64,000 nt of DNA from Harriotta raleighana (taxonomy: Eukaryota): assembly GCA_050575255.1 (NCBI GenBank), contig JBNZDD010013719.1, forward strand, positions 3,733,473 to 3,797,472, read 5' to 3'. This document shows, in pieces, positions 10,141 through 23,030 of the stretch. The first letter of the stretch is position 1; each line of letters begins with the position of its first letter. The translations under genes and the position numbers were made by a program. A model generated the notes under the pieces. The model did not search any database. It saw only the letters and a list, made by a program, of their open reading frames with translations, and was not told the DNA's origin.

Positions 10141-11886
10141 ATGTGGCGTACATTGCCCAAAAGAGTGTAGATACAGAATAAGTTGTTCTGTTCCTATGTT
10201 ACCTTCATTCCTCACCCTCAGTTTGTGATGGGATTTGGCTGTACTTTACAAAACTCTTGAGTTGTTTTTTTTGTGCTTAGACATTTTCTGGATGATAATG
10301 GAGTCTTAAGAGTTTTTATGAAGTTTATAACTGGCTGATTTCCCTGAGGATTCAGAAAATCCTGTACTCCACACATTCGAGTGGAAATTTACAGGGTCTT
10401 CACATGCTGCGTCTTTCATCTCAGTTTCATTGTTCAGTAATCTTTCACGCAAGCAGGAGCGATTTAGCACACTTACTGCGTGAGAATGGTCTCAGAGCAC
10501 TTAAATTTTCTCATCATCTGCTCACTGGAGCAGCTTTGTGGAAGGGCTATCCCTCAAGAGGCAACCCTCAAGAGATGCCCACAATAACATAATTGGTCAC
10601 GTTATGACCTGTGCTGCCTGGGCCAAACAGGAAGATTGCGGGTTTCACTCCTGGACAAGGTTATCTGATCTCAGCTGTAGCTGCAGTTAGAGTGACAAAC
10701 CAGTCTCTCTCAATACCTCTGGTTTAGAGGGCAAAGGTTAAGCCAGATTCTTTGCTGTTGATTATTATTCAGAGACTCCTGCTCGAAGATGGGTGGGGGG
10801 GTCAAGCGAGGGCAGGAGCAGTTTTAGCTATTCGCCCTCCTCTCCCCACTCATTCAGCCACCCACACACACACATACATTGTTCCATGCATAAATGTAGG
10901 TTATTTAAAAAGGCAATTTCTCCCCCTTCCACCCGTAACACCTGAGAGCTAGAGTTGCACAAGTGCCTTTGCCTCTTTCAGCTCTCCTTGGTGCTGCTGG
11001 GTGTCTCAGTTCACAGGCCATGGGAGATTTTGAGGTGAGGTTGGATTTTCAATAAAGGAAATGTGCTCAGATCAAAACTATACTATTAATGTTTTATTCA
11101 ATCTATGAATTCCCCTCTTTCCTGTAGAGATTTTACAGATCAGTTGGTTTTGAGATTCAATTGTTTGGAGATCAGTATTAACCAAGAAATAGTTGGATGG
11201 GAGGAAGAGGTAGAGAGGATACAGTTGACCTTGGGCTATGAAAAGGAACAAAATAGTGATGACTGATGAGTGTTTCTTTCAAGAAAGTACATGCATGTGG
11301 ATTAGGACAGGCTCAGGCTAGTCATGGTGACTGCTCACTCCCCTGGCAGACTTCCAACATGAGGTCATGAATAATAGCCTTCTGAACAATTACTAGAAGT
11401 TGACTAGTACCTGTGGAATAAGTGGGGGTTGGGAGGGAGGAAGAGGCAGTTTAAATGAACTCACACAGTGTCCCCTCCTGCGTAAAGCGGGAAAAGATCA
11501 CATAGATAAGGTGCTGATCTGCGTGTGACTGGAATCGTAGCTTCTAACTGATACAACACCAGAAAGAAAGGCGTCCACTTTTACAATCCTCCCCTCAACC
11601 CCACCCCCAACCCATGTTATGTGTAATGGTGTTACTGAGAGGAAGATGCCAGTCCTTGCTTTCCTTTAGGAATGCACCGACTGTCCTCGTAGGTGGATGG
11701 GGGGAGCAAGGCACCTTGTAACACAGTAGTGAAGAGGTCTTCCTTTGTGATTGGAACGCCCACTCATTAGTTGGGTTTGTGTCTCTGATTGATGGGCTGC
11801 TGGAGAGTTTGGCACCAGCTGAAGTTTGAGATCTGCACAAGGCCTTTATTTTAGTTACCATCTGATTGTCCTGTGCCCTCCTGCAG

Positions 11887-12038
11887 GGAGCAGCTGGAAA
11901 CTACATGATCAATGGGAAGTCTTGCCCAGCCAGTGTCAGAGTTCTCCGAGGAGGCTCAATGCCACCAGTGAAGCGTAGGAGGCTGAACTGGATCGATGCC
12001 CCCGGCGATGTCCTGTTCATGGCAACTGATGAAACCAG
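11887..12038 (+). CDS. MTA1: MTA1 penultimate coding exon
   Basis: CTGCAG|...|GTAAGG; encodes GAAGNYMINGKSCPASVRVLRGGSMPPVKRRRLNWIDAPGDVLFMATDET, matching human MTA1 RGGSLPPVKRRRMNWIDAPDDVFYMATEET. Confidence 0.93.
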
Positions 12039-15028
12039 GTAAGGTTGCTGGAGGGATCTGGCTCTAGACCTGTGGTGGCCTAGTGTTTTGGTCGACCAAC
12101 GAAATATGTTTTCTTGATTAAATATTTGGGGATTTTTGGCATAAATCAAGAAATATTCAATCAAGAAAAAAACTGGAAACACAATTGATTGAACACGGAC
12201 TTACCCAGACTAGTGCGAATGTATGGTGGGTTGCTTCTTCACAGCCCAGTGGGCCAGTTCTGGCCCACGGGCCGTGGGTTGGCCACCAGCACAGCCTCTG
12301 ACACCCTTTGTTATGCAGAGTCTAAAATCAACACCACCATGCCCTTTTTTCCATCCTTCCTCCCAAAGACACAGTGCATTTTTGTAACTCAAAACAGCTG
12401 CCTTTTTTTTAGTTACCTAGAGTAGAGGTAGTGATTAACTCTAAAAACAGCCTTGTAATACCCTGCTACCAGTCACATGACCAATAACTTGAATGCTTTT
12501 AGGTCACAGTGAATGCTGAGTTATTTTGTGATACGTTGTATGTGTGTGTTTGAGGGGGAGGGAGGCGGGGGAGGGAGGCGAGGGAGGGGGAATATTGGGG
12601 ATTCTTTGGGTTGTGTACTACAGAATGTTGCATTAATGGATGAGCTCAAGGTAGTTGTTCAATGCCGAACCTTAAAGAGAGCTTAAAGGCTTATTGTCAC
12701 TGTGTCGAGTTGATAAAGAGACCATGTAACTGTCTGACACTGACTTTGTGTGATGTTGAGAGTATCGAGGCAAAGTAGCTCATCGTCAGTGTCGTCATCA
12801 CGCCCACTGATATTGACTCATTGAGGGTCAAGAGAAATGATGTCAACATCCAAAACAATGATGCTGTAACCTCAGGGTGAAAGGGGCAACATCTGACCAC
12901 TTCAAATAATGTGCTAGCTGTGCAGCTGCTTGATTTGCATAACTTGCTCCTTTGTGTTTACGTATCAACTTTAATTCTTGGGGACTGATCTGCGTGTTTT
13001 GAAGCAGTACAAGGTGTCAACCTGGCTCACACTGGCCTCTGGGTCAGGCGAAGTTTACCTATTTTCAGAGATGTTAGGCCCAGGAGGACCAAGACTTAAA
13101 CTCTGCGTTGGGGAACCTAATGGAGATTTAGCAGCTAAAATGGCAAATCGTATCATTGAGAGCACTGCCTGGCAAGCTTACTGTTGCTTTTCCAGTAAGG
13201 AAGAGCTTTGGCTTTTGGAGTTAATGAGTTATTGTGTAGGAAGAATGCCTACCCTCAGTGACTGGTCTGTCCCTTCAAGTCTTGCCAACAAGCCAGGCTG
13301 GCTGTCGTATTGCATAACCAGTTAGGCCAGAAAACCACTGAGGTCACCAGACTAGGTTGACTTGATTATAACATTCCATTGGCAGCCATGTCACCATGAA
13401 GCCAGCTCAGCTCCATAGCGACCCCACTTGCCTTCCCCAAAGAGGTTAGTCACTAGTTGGTCAACTGAGCAATAACTGCTAACAAAACAGAAGTTGCTGG
13501 GAATACTCAGCAGGACAGGCAATAACTGCTGTTTAATGTGTAGCCACTTGTAACACTGTTCAGATCCACCACAGTTCAAAGATTACCACTTCAGAATCCG
13601 AATTGATTATAGAATGCCATACCAAATCAGCCGAGCTTCCAAAAGCTGATGTAAAAGGGCTGTCAAAGGAAAGCTGCCATGATTGTGCGGTTGGGTGGTT
13701 GGGCTCGGGGTTGCAATGCGTAACATTGAAAGGTGCAGTTTTTGGAGACAAAATAGAGTGATTACAAGACCCGGGATAGTGAAGATAGTGAAAAAATGTT
13801 GTGGTGGAATACAGAGAATTATTGATATGAAACATGTCCCTGGATTCTGATATGACACAATAAAGATCATCAAAGCAATTCCAGAATAAAGCCCGGCGCC
13901 TCCGACAGATGAGACTGGAAATCTCTTCAATTTTAGGAAATAAACCAACTCATCCTCTTTTTATTCTGGTATGTGATAGATCATTCTTTATCAAATGGTA
14001 TAAGTAAATAGTATTTAATGACATAGTAACAAAACTGATGTATAATCTTCTCTATCCACAGTGTTCATCATTAGTTCTCTCTTGTCCCGGAAGATTTAGA
14101 TCCTCAGTGCATTGATAAAACTCCCGCAGGTCTCCAGTTGATTCCATGTCCTCTTCCAAGGATTTACCTTTAGAAGATACTGTCTACATTTTGGAGAAGA
14201 TGGTGACAGTGATGGGGGGAAGGGGATCATCACTGCTCCTCTTCTAAGACTATTACTATTGTCCAATGTGGTGTTGTGTTGTGGTGAGGTGGGATCTTTG
14301 TTTTACTTCATCTGCCACAGGTCCATCTCTGGATTTGAGAGAAACATTAAATCATCATAACAGACAAGTGTTCAATTGGAGCAGAGTAAAGCAGGACAGG
14401 GAATCTGCACAGATAAACCTACTCTCTCATCTAAGGTTGAGTCCAGTGATATCTCTAGGCCTTCTGTATTCAGCCACCTCTCAGGCTTGTAGGTTTGATC
14501 CCTGATCTGTGCCATTAGCTGAGTGTTTGTTCCCTCAGTACTCTTGAGCAAGAGAGAGCGAAACAATCAGGTTTCTCATTCTTGTAATGCCCCCTGTTGT
14601 CAAACATGCTGCCAACAGTCAGTCTCAAGGATCATGGATAAGTAAAAGCCTTCTTGAAGTGCGATCGATGGCAATGGGGATTTGACCCTCTGAGAGCAGC
14701 TGTGAATAAACTAGTGAAAAAAAAATTTACGTAATTAAAATACTCAGTGGGTGTGTTATAATGAAACCAATTTTCATGCATGCAGTAGTGGTACCACTTG
14801 AGCATATTTCAAGGGGAAAAGAGCTCAGAAACAAGTCATCTGGAGTGATGAGTTAGACATTTGTATAATTACATAAACAACTGGTTGTGTAATTGACAAC
14901 ATGATGCCTTAAATAGTCACGACAAATTAAGTCACAGTTGAGTTATCAGGAGTTTGCTATATTTTGTGCAAAGTGGTATGCTTTGATCTTATTACTGTGT
15001 ACAAACGATTGGCACCCCTGTTTTCCAG

Positions 15029-15176
15029 GAAGATTCGCAAGTTACTTTCTTCCTTTGAGAGGAGGCGAGGTGCCAGGCAGCCCCACGAGCCGATCAGCAT
15101 TGAACAACCCCATGCTAACCCCGCACAAGCTCCGCGGCAGCCAGCCAACGACCAGCCAATTGTCATAGAAGATTAA
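15029..15176 (+). CDS. MTA1: MTA1 last coding exon
   Basis: TTTTCCAG| in phase with the previous exon; RKIRKLLSSFERRRGARQPHEPI...NDQPIVIED* matches the human MTA1 C-terminus RKIRKLLSS...NDEPIVIED. Confidence 0.93.
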
Positions 15177-15481
15177 CAGAGGAGAGAGATGGTGGGGACG
15201 GGGGCCACCTCGACGGAGAATCTGTACTACACACTTGGGGCCAATTTAATACTGACAGTGTTGACTTTAACCCATTGATGAAGATTTTTTTTTGTTTCCT
15301 TTTTAAAACTTTAGAATAATTTGAAGCAGTCTCCATCTTTGTAACGAACCAAATTTACGTACCTTGCACCAGTTTCCGATTCAGCAAGCAAGTGATCCGT
15401 TCCGATATTTGATCCTTCCCTTAGCTCGTTGGGACTTCTCTGGTCAGACGGAAAGCCCAGTTTTAACTTATTAAGCAAAAA

Positions 15482-15487
15482 AATAAA
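15482..15487 (+). terminator. Probable MTA1 polyadenylation signal
   Basis: AATAAA about 300 nt after the stop codon, followed by a GT-rich stretch. Confidence 0.6.
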
Positions 15488-18400
15488 CAAATTGTGTGTT
15501 TTCAGCCCGTGCCAGTTCAGAGTGCGAAAGGTGAGACCATGTGGGTTCTGATTAAGTGCTGGCAGATAGATGCTCTGATGCTTTGAGAAAAGATGTAAAT
15601 CTGCAGGTCAAACCTTTCCGGTCCATTGTAAGGGCAGCCCAGGAATCGGCAGCTCTCAGTATGATTATGCACATCAAGGATTGAAGAACGTTAAAAAGTG
15701 TGTTTGGGGTGGGGAGGCATCACCTGGGATTCCTATTCCTGCTGGTTCTACTAAGGCAGCATATTGGGGGATGGGAGGTCCCAGCCACATGACTCCACGT
15801 GTGGCTGTGAGACTTAACTCCCGAGAGATGCTTGGGAGTGATTCAAAGACTGACATATCCTTGGTCAGAGGATAAAAAATCCCAATCCTTTCTGACAAGT
15901 TCAAATTTACAGGAATTTTTCTGGGCTTTGCCGGCTGTCTTGAATCCCGATTAGCCGTTTTACGAATCTCGCAAATCAAACCGATTCAGATATTCACAAA
16001 CCGGAAATAGCAATTAATGCAAAAACAACCAGTTCATGAAATCCCATGCAGTGGAGGTCAAGGGAAAGTTGCTCCTATTTCTAGTTTCTATTTGCCTGGA
16101 TCAGTGATGTTTCAATGCACGCAGAGAGCAACAAATAGATATTTTAAATGTTTTTATGAAGGTATGTGAATCCTGTAGCTTGCTGAAATGTTTTGTTTTC
16201 TCTTTTCTGAACTCCCCTGGCACACATGACCTCCAGTGTTGACAGGCAGGCTAGATCTGCATAAACTCATATGCTGCAATGCAGTAATCATGCCTTCCAC
16301 CCACTGCAAACATTGCTGGTCCCTTTGGAACAGCTTCCCAATCGCAGCACTGTTGGGACTGGAAGTCAGTGTAGAGGGATTCTGGAACCCACATCCCAGT
16401 TCTCCATGACCACCGTCTCCATATCCAATATCAACTAGGCTGTCCCGTAAATGACCCTGAAGGTTTGACAGAGCCTCACAATGTGACATCTACCAGCATC
16501 TGAGTGTCGGTGTCTCATTTACTTGGTCAACAAAATTTTTTTTACTTTGGAAGGTTTGAGTATGAACATAAGTAAATGAAGAGCAAAGAATTTTTTGTTT
16601 CTGAGTAAAGGGAGTTTTATGTTAAACCTCTGCCTCCTCTGCGTCTCTGTACTTGCGTCTTTCACAGATCACAACATCTGCAAATTCCCTGATCGAGTTG
16701 GACATGGCTTACTCTTCAAGAGAAGCGATTATGTTGATACCATAGGTGAGTGTGAGTCCATGTACGTGGGTGCAGTGAATAGCGGGAATATGAAAATGGG
16801 AGGGTGGGGGGGGCGTGGGATGGGTGACAGCATATCGGAAGTGGTGAATATGTGGAATCAGGAAGAGCATGGGTATCCATTGGTCACATTTCAGTTACAT
16901 ACAGTGCGTAAATATCCACAGAGTGAGTACACATTCACCAACACACATTTTTGCATGTTACTGCATCACACATTGGTGCAGTTTGAACAAACTATATAAA
17001 AGTAACTCAGTAGCAAACTCCACTGGGTGTTCAAAGCAGCATCTAGAGGCTTCGTGGGAAACCAATGCAAATTGAAACCTTCAGCCCGTTAGGAGACCCT
17101 TGTAACCAGAGAACCACAGAGCGTGTCAGGGAGAGGGAAGTTCTTTCAGGACTGGGTCGTCGTTCACAGGTCCAAGTCGTATGCAGCTCACACTGACAGG
17201 GATGCAACTGGTGAATGCTTTAGTTACTTATACCAAAGCAAAGCATTGTTTACTGAAAGGACCTTGTGGAACAAGGAGTCAACTTGACAATTTACCAGTT
17301 TGTTCAGCATTTTACCTGAATTTGAAGTGGTCAGTGGGAATCGCTGGTTAACTTTCCCTGTCATTGTTAGCCGGGGACACAAACATTTTTTGAATTAACA
17401 TCATTTACGTCCACCTGAGGAGGCAGACGGGATCTTGGTGTAACGGCCCATCCAAAGGCAGCACCTCCCCACTATCCCTCAGCTCTTTGTTCAAGTGACT
17501 GGGTGAGCTTAAGCTGCGGGATCTTGACCATGGAAAGCATTGTGACCAAATCTGCTGCAGGTATCCACACATTTGTAAAATTCCATCCATGGTCACCAAA
17601 TAAGGGTCAGAGTGGGCACACTGACTATTTTGTTTAGAATCTGGGGGTAACTGAGGTTCATTGTGTGATCATTATTGCCTTCTCTGATGATGAACAACAC
17701 TGATACTGATAATATCATATGTAGGATTTAATGCTACACAGTTGGACCATCAATGCAGCTTCCCTCTAACTTTTAATCCCCGGCACAATATGTATTTGAG
17801 GCATTAAAAAGGAGTCTACATGCTAGGTAAAATGTAATGCAGACAACTCTTTCTACCATTTGCGCATCGAGGAATGGCTACAGGAGGCATGAATTCCTTA
17901 GACTTTTGTTTCCGTGGGGTTCAATTTATTGAGGATGTGTCCATTCTGCAGAATGATCTCAGTGTGGAGAAGGCTTACTATTGGAGAAGTTGATTGCTGT
18001 TTTTTGGGGTCAAGGGCTTGAGATCCTGAGAAAGCATTGGTTACTACACTTTATAAAATGTACAACCAATACATTGAATCATCAATCCCTGATCCAGGGT
18101 AGATGTAGGCTAAAATCAACTGTGATGATTCTCCCATGCTCTCGTCAACCCTATGGCCATGTGAAAAATGAGCACTTAAGTGAGGTAACAGAGAAGAACT
18201 ATTACCTCTCCAATTGTTCCCAGGTAATCGCTGCCTCAAGAACAAATTTCTGCATTTAGGTAGTTCCTAGCTGCAGAAAGTTTAATTATACATGAGTTAC
18301 CAGATGGAATTTGCCTACTGTTTGTCTCACCCCTTCTTTTCCTCATTAACACTATAGTGAGATCCAATCTTTGATCCCTGCTGGAAGCAGGAAGTCACAG

Positions 18401-18560
18401 GTGTGTAATTTAATGAAACCAGGACCTCAAAATATTGGATGATATTCAACATCACAGGCACTGCAGGAAAGTAATCAATTTGGTAAACAGAACTGATAAA
18501 AAGGCAGTGATTTAAAGCATATCTATTGTTCCTAGAAAGAAATTTTGAGACTGCAATATA

Positions 18561-21500
18561 TCATAGAATGTTACGGCACAGAAGGAGGCCATTCGGCCCA
18601 TCGAGTCTGTGCCGGCTCTTTGACAGAGCAATGTCACTTTTATTAACCCCAGTCACCAGCTTTCTCTCCATAACCCTGCAAACCCGTCTTCCCCAGATAC
18701 CTATCCAGTTCTCTCTTAAAAGCTGCTATCGAATCGGACCTCACTATACTTTCAGGCAGATTATTCCAAATTCGAACAACTCCCTGAGTAAAAAAAATTC
18801 TTCTGACCTCCCGTCTGCTTCTTTTGATACATATCTTAAGACTGTGACCACAGATCACAGACACACCTACCAGTGGAAACAGCTTTTCTCTATCCATCCT
18901 GTCGAAACCTTTCACGATCTTGAAGACCTCTTATCAGTTCCCCGCGTAACCTTCTCTGCTCTAATGGGAAAAGTCCTAACTTCTCCAGCCTGTCCTCATG
19001 GCTAAGGTTCCCCATCCCTGGAATCATTCTCGTGAATCTCCTCTGCACCCTTTCCAGTGCCTTAATGTCCTTCCTGAAGTAAGGTGCTCAGAACTGGACT
19101 CAGTACTCCAGCTGAGGTCTAACCAATGTTTTGTATAAATAACCATAACCTCCCTACTCTCATACTCTATACCCCTACTAATAAAGCTCAGTACACCAAA
19201 TGCCTTTTTTACTGCCTTATCTACCTGCCATGCTACCTTTAATGATTCGCTTAGTTGAACACCCAGATCTCTCTGTACGTTCACCCCCCTTAAAATTGAG
19301 CTACCAAGTCTATATTGCCTCCTATCATTTTTCCTACCTAAGTGTATGACCTCACACTTATCCACATTGAAATCCATCTGCCACATGTCAGCCCATTGCA
19401 CCATTCTGTGTATGTCTGCTTGCAGTTGGTTACAGTCCTCCTCACTATTTACTACCCTACCTAACTTTGTATCATCTGCAAACTTGGAAATAGTACTCTC
19501 TATGCCCAAGTCCAGATCATTAATATATATTAGAAAGAGCAGTGGTCCCAATACCGATCCCTGGAGGACACCGCTGCACATCTCCTTCCATTTCGAGAAA
19601 CACGCATTAACCTCCACCTTCTGCTTTCTGTCACTCAGCCAGTTCTTAATCCAAACTGCCACTGTCCGCTTAATACCGTGGGCCTTTTTTTAAAATTAAT
19701 CTCTTATGCGGTACTGTGTCAAAAGCCTTTTTGAAATCCATGTAAATAACATCCGCCGCATTTCCCTCATCAACCCTCGCAGTCACCTCTTCAAAAAATT
19801 CTATTTGATTTGTTAGGCAAGATTTGCCTTTAACAAACCCATATTGGCTGTCTCTAATTCTCTAATGATCTTGTGTTCCTCTAAGTGGAGATTTATTCTG
19901 TCCCGGATTATGGTCTCCAGTCGTTTTCCTATTACCGAAGTAAGGCTGACTGGCCTGTAATTTCCAGGTTTGTCTTTATGCCCCTTTTTGTAGAGGGGGG
20001 TAACGTTAGCCACTCTCCATTCTCTTGGCACCATTCCTGTGTCCAATGAAGATTGAAATATAATGGCCAAAGCTTCCACTATTTGAACCCGATCTCCCAT
20101 CTGATCCTGGTGACTTATCAATTTTGAGCCCAGTCAATCTTTTCAGAACTTCCTCTCTGTCTATAATAATCTGATCTATTTCCTCTACCCTCTCATCCAA
20201 TACTGGCATTTGGGGCATCCATTTCCGTTGTGAAGACAGATGCAAAGTGCTCGTTCAGTACATCTGCCTCCACAACAAAATTGCCGTCATTGTCTTTGAT
20301 TGGCCCCACCCTACCTTTAACTAACCTTTTTTCCATTATGTGCTTATAAAATATTTTAGGATTCCCCTTTATATTCCCCGCTAACCTCTTCTCAGGCGAT
20401 CTTTTAGCCTGTTTTATCACTCTTTTAAGATCACTCCTGCATTCTCTATAATGCGCTTTGCTATCCTCAGTATTTTGCATCTTCCAATTGTCGTACGCTG
20501 TCTTCTTCTTTTTCATCCTAGACAGAATATCCCTGGTCATCCAGGCTGGCTTGGTTGTTGCACATTTCCCTTTTGTGGGAATATATCTATTTAGACCTTG
20601 AGCTATCATCTTTGAAGATCTCCCATTGCTCATGAGTTGTTTTACCTGCCAGTCTTACTTGCCAGTCCACCAACTCTAGGTCTCTTTTTAGCCCATCAAA
20701 ATTAGCCCTTTTCCAGTCAAGCATTTTCACCCTTGTCCCTGATCATGAGTAACCTAAATCTAATAATATTAAGGTCACTGTTACCTAGATGCTCCCCTAC
20801 CAAAATCTGTTCAACCTGACCTATTTCATTCCCCAGGATTAGATCCAGCAAAGCTAGCTTCCTTGTAGGACTGGAGACATACTGATCAGGAAAATTTTCC
20901 TGTACAGGGTTTATGAATCTTTCTCCTGCTTTGCCCTTAGCTCTGGTATTTTGCCAGTATATTGGGATACTTGAAATTCCCCATTATCACAACTCTGTTC
21001 GCCTTACATCTATCCGCGATCTGCTTGCAGATCTGCTCCTCTATCTCCTTCCTGCTGTCTGGTGGCCTACAGTAAACCCCTATCAGTGTAACCACACCTT
21101 TCTTATTTCTTATCTCTAACCAGATGGATTCTGTTGTCGGGCTCTCCAGACAGACCCTCGTTCCTTTCTACAGCTATAATTCTATCCTTAACTAATATTG
21201 CCACCCCTCCTCCTTTTCTTCCTTCTCTATCCTTTCTGAACACATTATCTCCTGGAATATTTAACTCCCATTCCTGTCCTTGCTTGAGCCATGTCTCGGT
21301 TACTGCCACCATATTGTAACCCCCTACGGCCAGTTGAACCTGCAGCTCATCAACCTTATTCCCTCAGCTACGTGCATTTAGGTACATGCATTTGAGGAAA
21401 TTGTCCGCTTGTTCCTGCTCTATGCTTCCCACTTGTCCTTTTCCTCTAGTCTCTAATCCATTGTTTATCCTTGCATACCCATCTTCCCTCGACACTAGTT

Positions 21501-21815
21501 TAAATCTGCCCCTACAGCATTTGATAATCTCTTGGCAAGGAAGCTCACTCCTGCCTTGCTTAAGTGCCGCCCATCCTCAAGATAAAGATCCCACCTCCCC
21601 CAGTAGTGGTCCCAATTGTCCAGGAAATGGAAACCTTCTTTTCAGGACCATTTCTCCAGCCAATCGTTCATGCGTCTGATCCTTTCATTATGGTGCCTCG
21701 TTGCCCGAGGTACCAGGAGTAACCCAGAGATCACCACCTTGGATGTTCTGGACTTGAGTTTGCTCCCCAGCTTTTGATACTCGCCCTGGAGCATCTCAGC
21801 CCTCTTCTTACCAAT
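18561..21815 (-). mobile_element. CR1 LINE, 5'-truncated in ORF1, with degenerate EN+RT ORF2
   Basis: ORF1 esterase-like SKLKSRTSKVVISGLL...DGRHL; APE endonuclease VAVTETWL...RKDREGRKGGGV; RT NYRPVSLTS, QGSVLGPLLFLIYIND, FADDTKL; CR1-type 3' end GGGCCGAATGGCCTCCTTCTGTG...TTCTATGA. Confidence 0.93.
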
Positions 21816-21824
21816 ATAGTGCCT

Positions 21825-22375
21825 TTCAGATAGGAAGGATGTTCATGGTTAGTCCAGAATTCGCACCCCAGAATGAAGCGGTAGTGGTGAAGTGATGACC
21901 AAATGTGTGGTTAAGAAGGAAGACCAACCTCGAAGGAGGTGGAGGGAAAAGGCGAGTTGTAGGGATGGAGTTCCAGAGTAAAGACAGATGCTAAAAGCAT
22001 GGCTTTCAATGGAGTGGGTAAGATATGGAATGTGAGCGACTGGGTTGATTGGGTTTGAGTAGGTAAGACCAGGGAGGGTTTTAATTGTTAGGTCTAGGAT
22101 CTTGAACGCTATCTGCTGGGGAATGGGGAAATGGGTGAAGATGGGGGTGATAGGCTCATGGGAAGGAGAGGACATGACCTGCAGAGTTCTGGATATTCTA
22201 CAGCTTGTGAAAGGAAGAAGCAGGAAGTTTGGTGAGCAGATAGTTGGATGAATGCACGAATAAAGCTCTCACAAAGACAAAGTAAAGATGTTAGGATTGG
22301 AGAGAGTGAAACTAGAAGAGAACGGAGCCATGAAGGTGGAGCTGAGAGAAATGGCGTGATCAACAATGCAATCTA
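21825..22375 (-). mobile_element. L2 LINE fragment
   Basis: Pyrimidine-rich coding strand with degenerate L2 ORF2-like translation. Confidence 0.6.
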
Positions 22376-22679
22376 AGCAGGTTTGTACTTTAAAAACTTA
22401 AAATTGTTACTGAACCCAAGGTAACCAGGCAGTCTTGCTCATCTCTTAATTTTCTTATTATGTGTTATCATTATCATAGTGATTTATCACTGATTAGCCC
22501 TCTGGGTTTATTTCTGGTGTTTCCATCTTGCCAGATGATAGGCTGTATTTTTGCTATTGCTGATGGAGACTGGTGTACAATATGGGACAAACGGGAGGAG
22601 AAAACCGAACAATTTTATATTCAATAATTCAAGTTCTTGCAATATTCTATACATTCATTATCAGATTGGTAAATTAATA

Positions 22680-23030
22680 GAGGACCTAGGTTTGATTCCT
22701 GGGCACGGTGAAACGTTGGGCAAATTTTCTTACTCCACACAACTCTGTTTACCTAGCTGTAAGTAGGAACCCAGTTGTTAGTTGATTGACAGGTTGCTTT
22801 TCTGGGCACACTAAGCCCCTTCAAAACAAAATTAAACTTTTATAAAATAATAATAATTTGGTCGCACCATCCATGACTGTTTGTGGGACACCTGTGTGGA
22901 ATGGGCTGCCGCGTTTCGTCTACAAAATACACTTTACAATATATCCAGTGAAGTGCTTTTGAGACTTCTCAACAACTTGATAAGGAGCTGCACTATCAAA
23001 TGCAAGGATTATTATCCCTATTATTACACT
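22680..23030 (+). mobile_element. tRNA-derived SINE (longer variant)
   Basis: GGGCAA..TTCCTTACTCCACAC core, TGTGGGACA block and ATCAAATGCAAGGATTATT tail. Confidence 0.75.

Noticed and set aside
18561-21815. Active reverse transcriptase / retron-like system
   Set aside because: An ordinary CR1 LINE with multiple frameshifts and stops.
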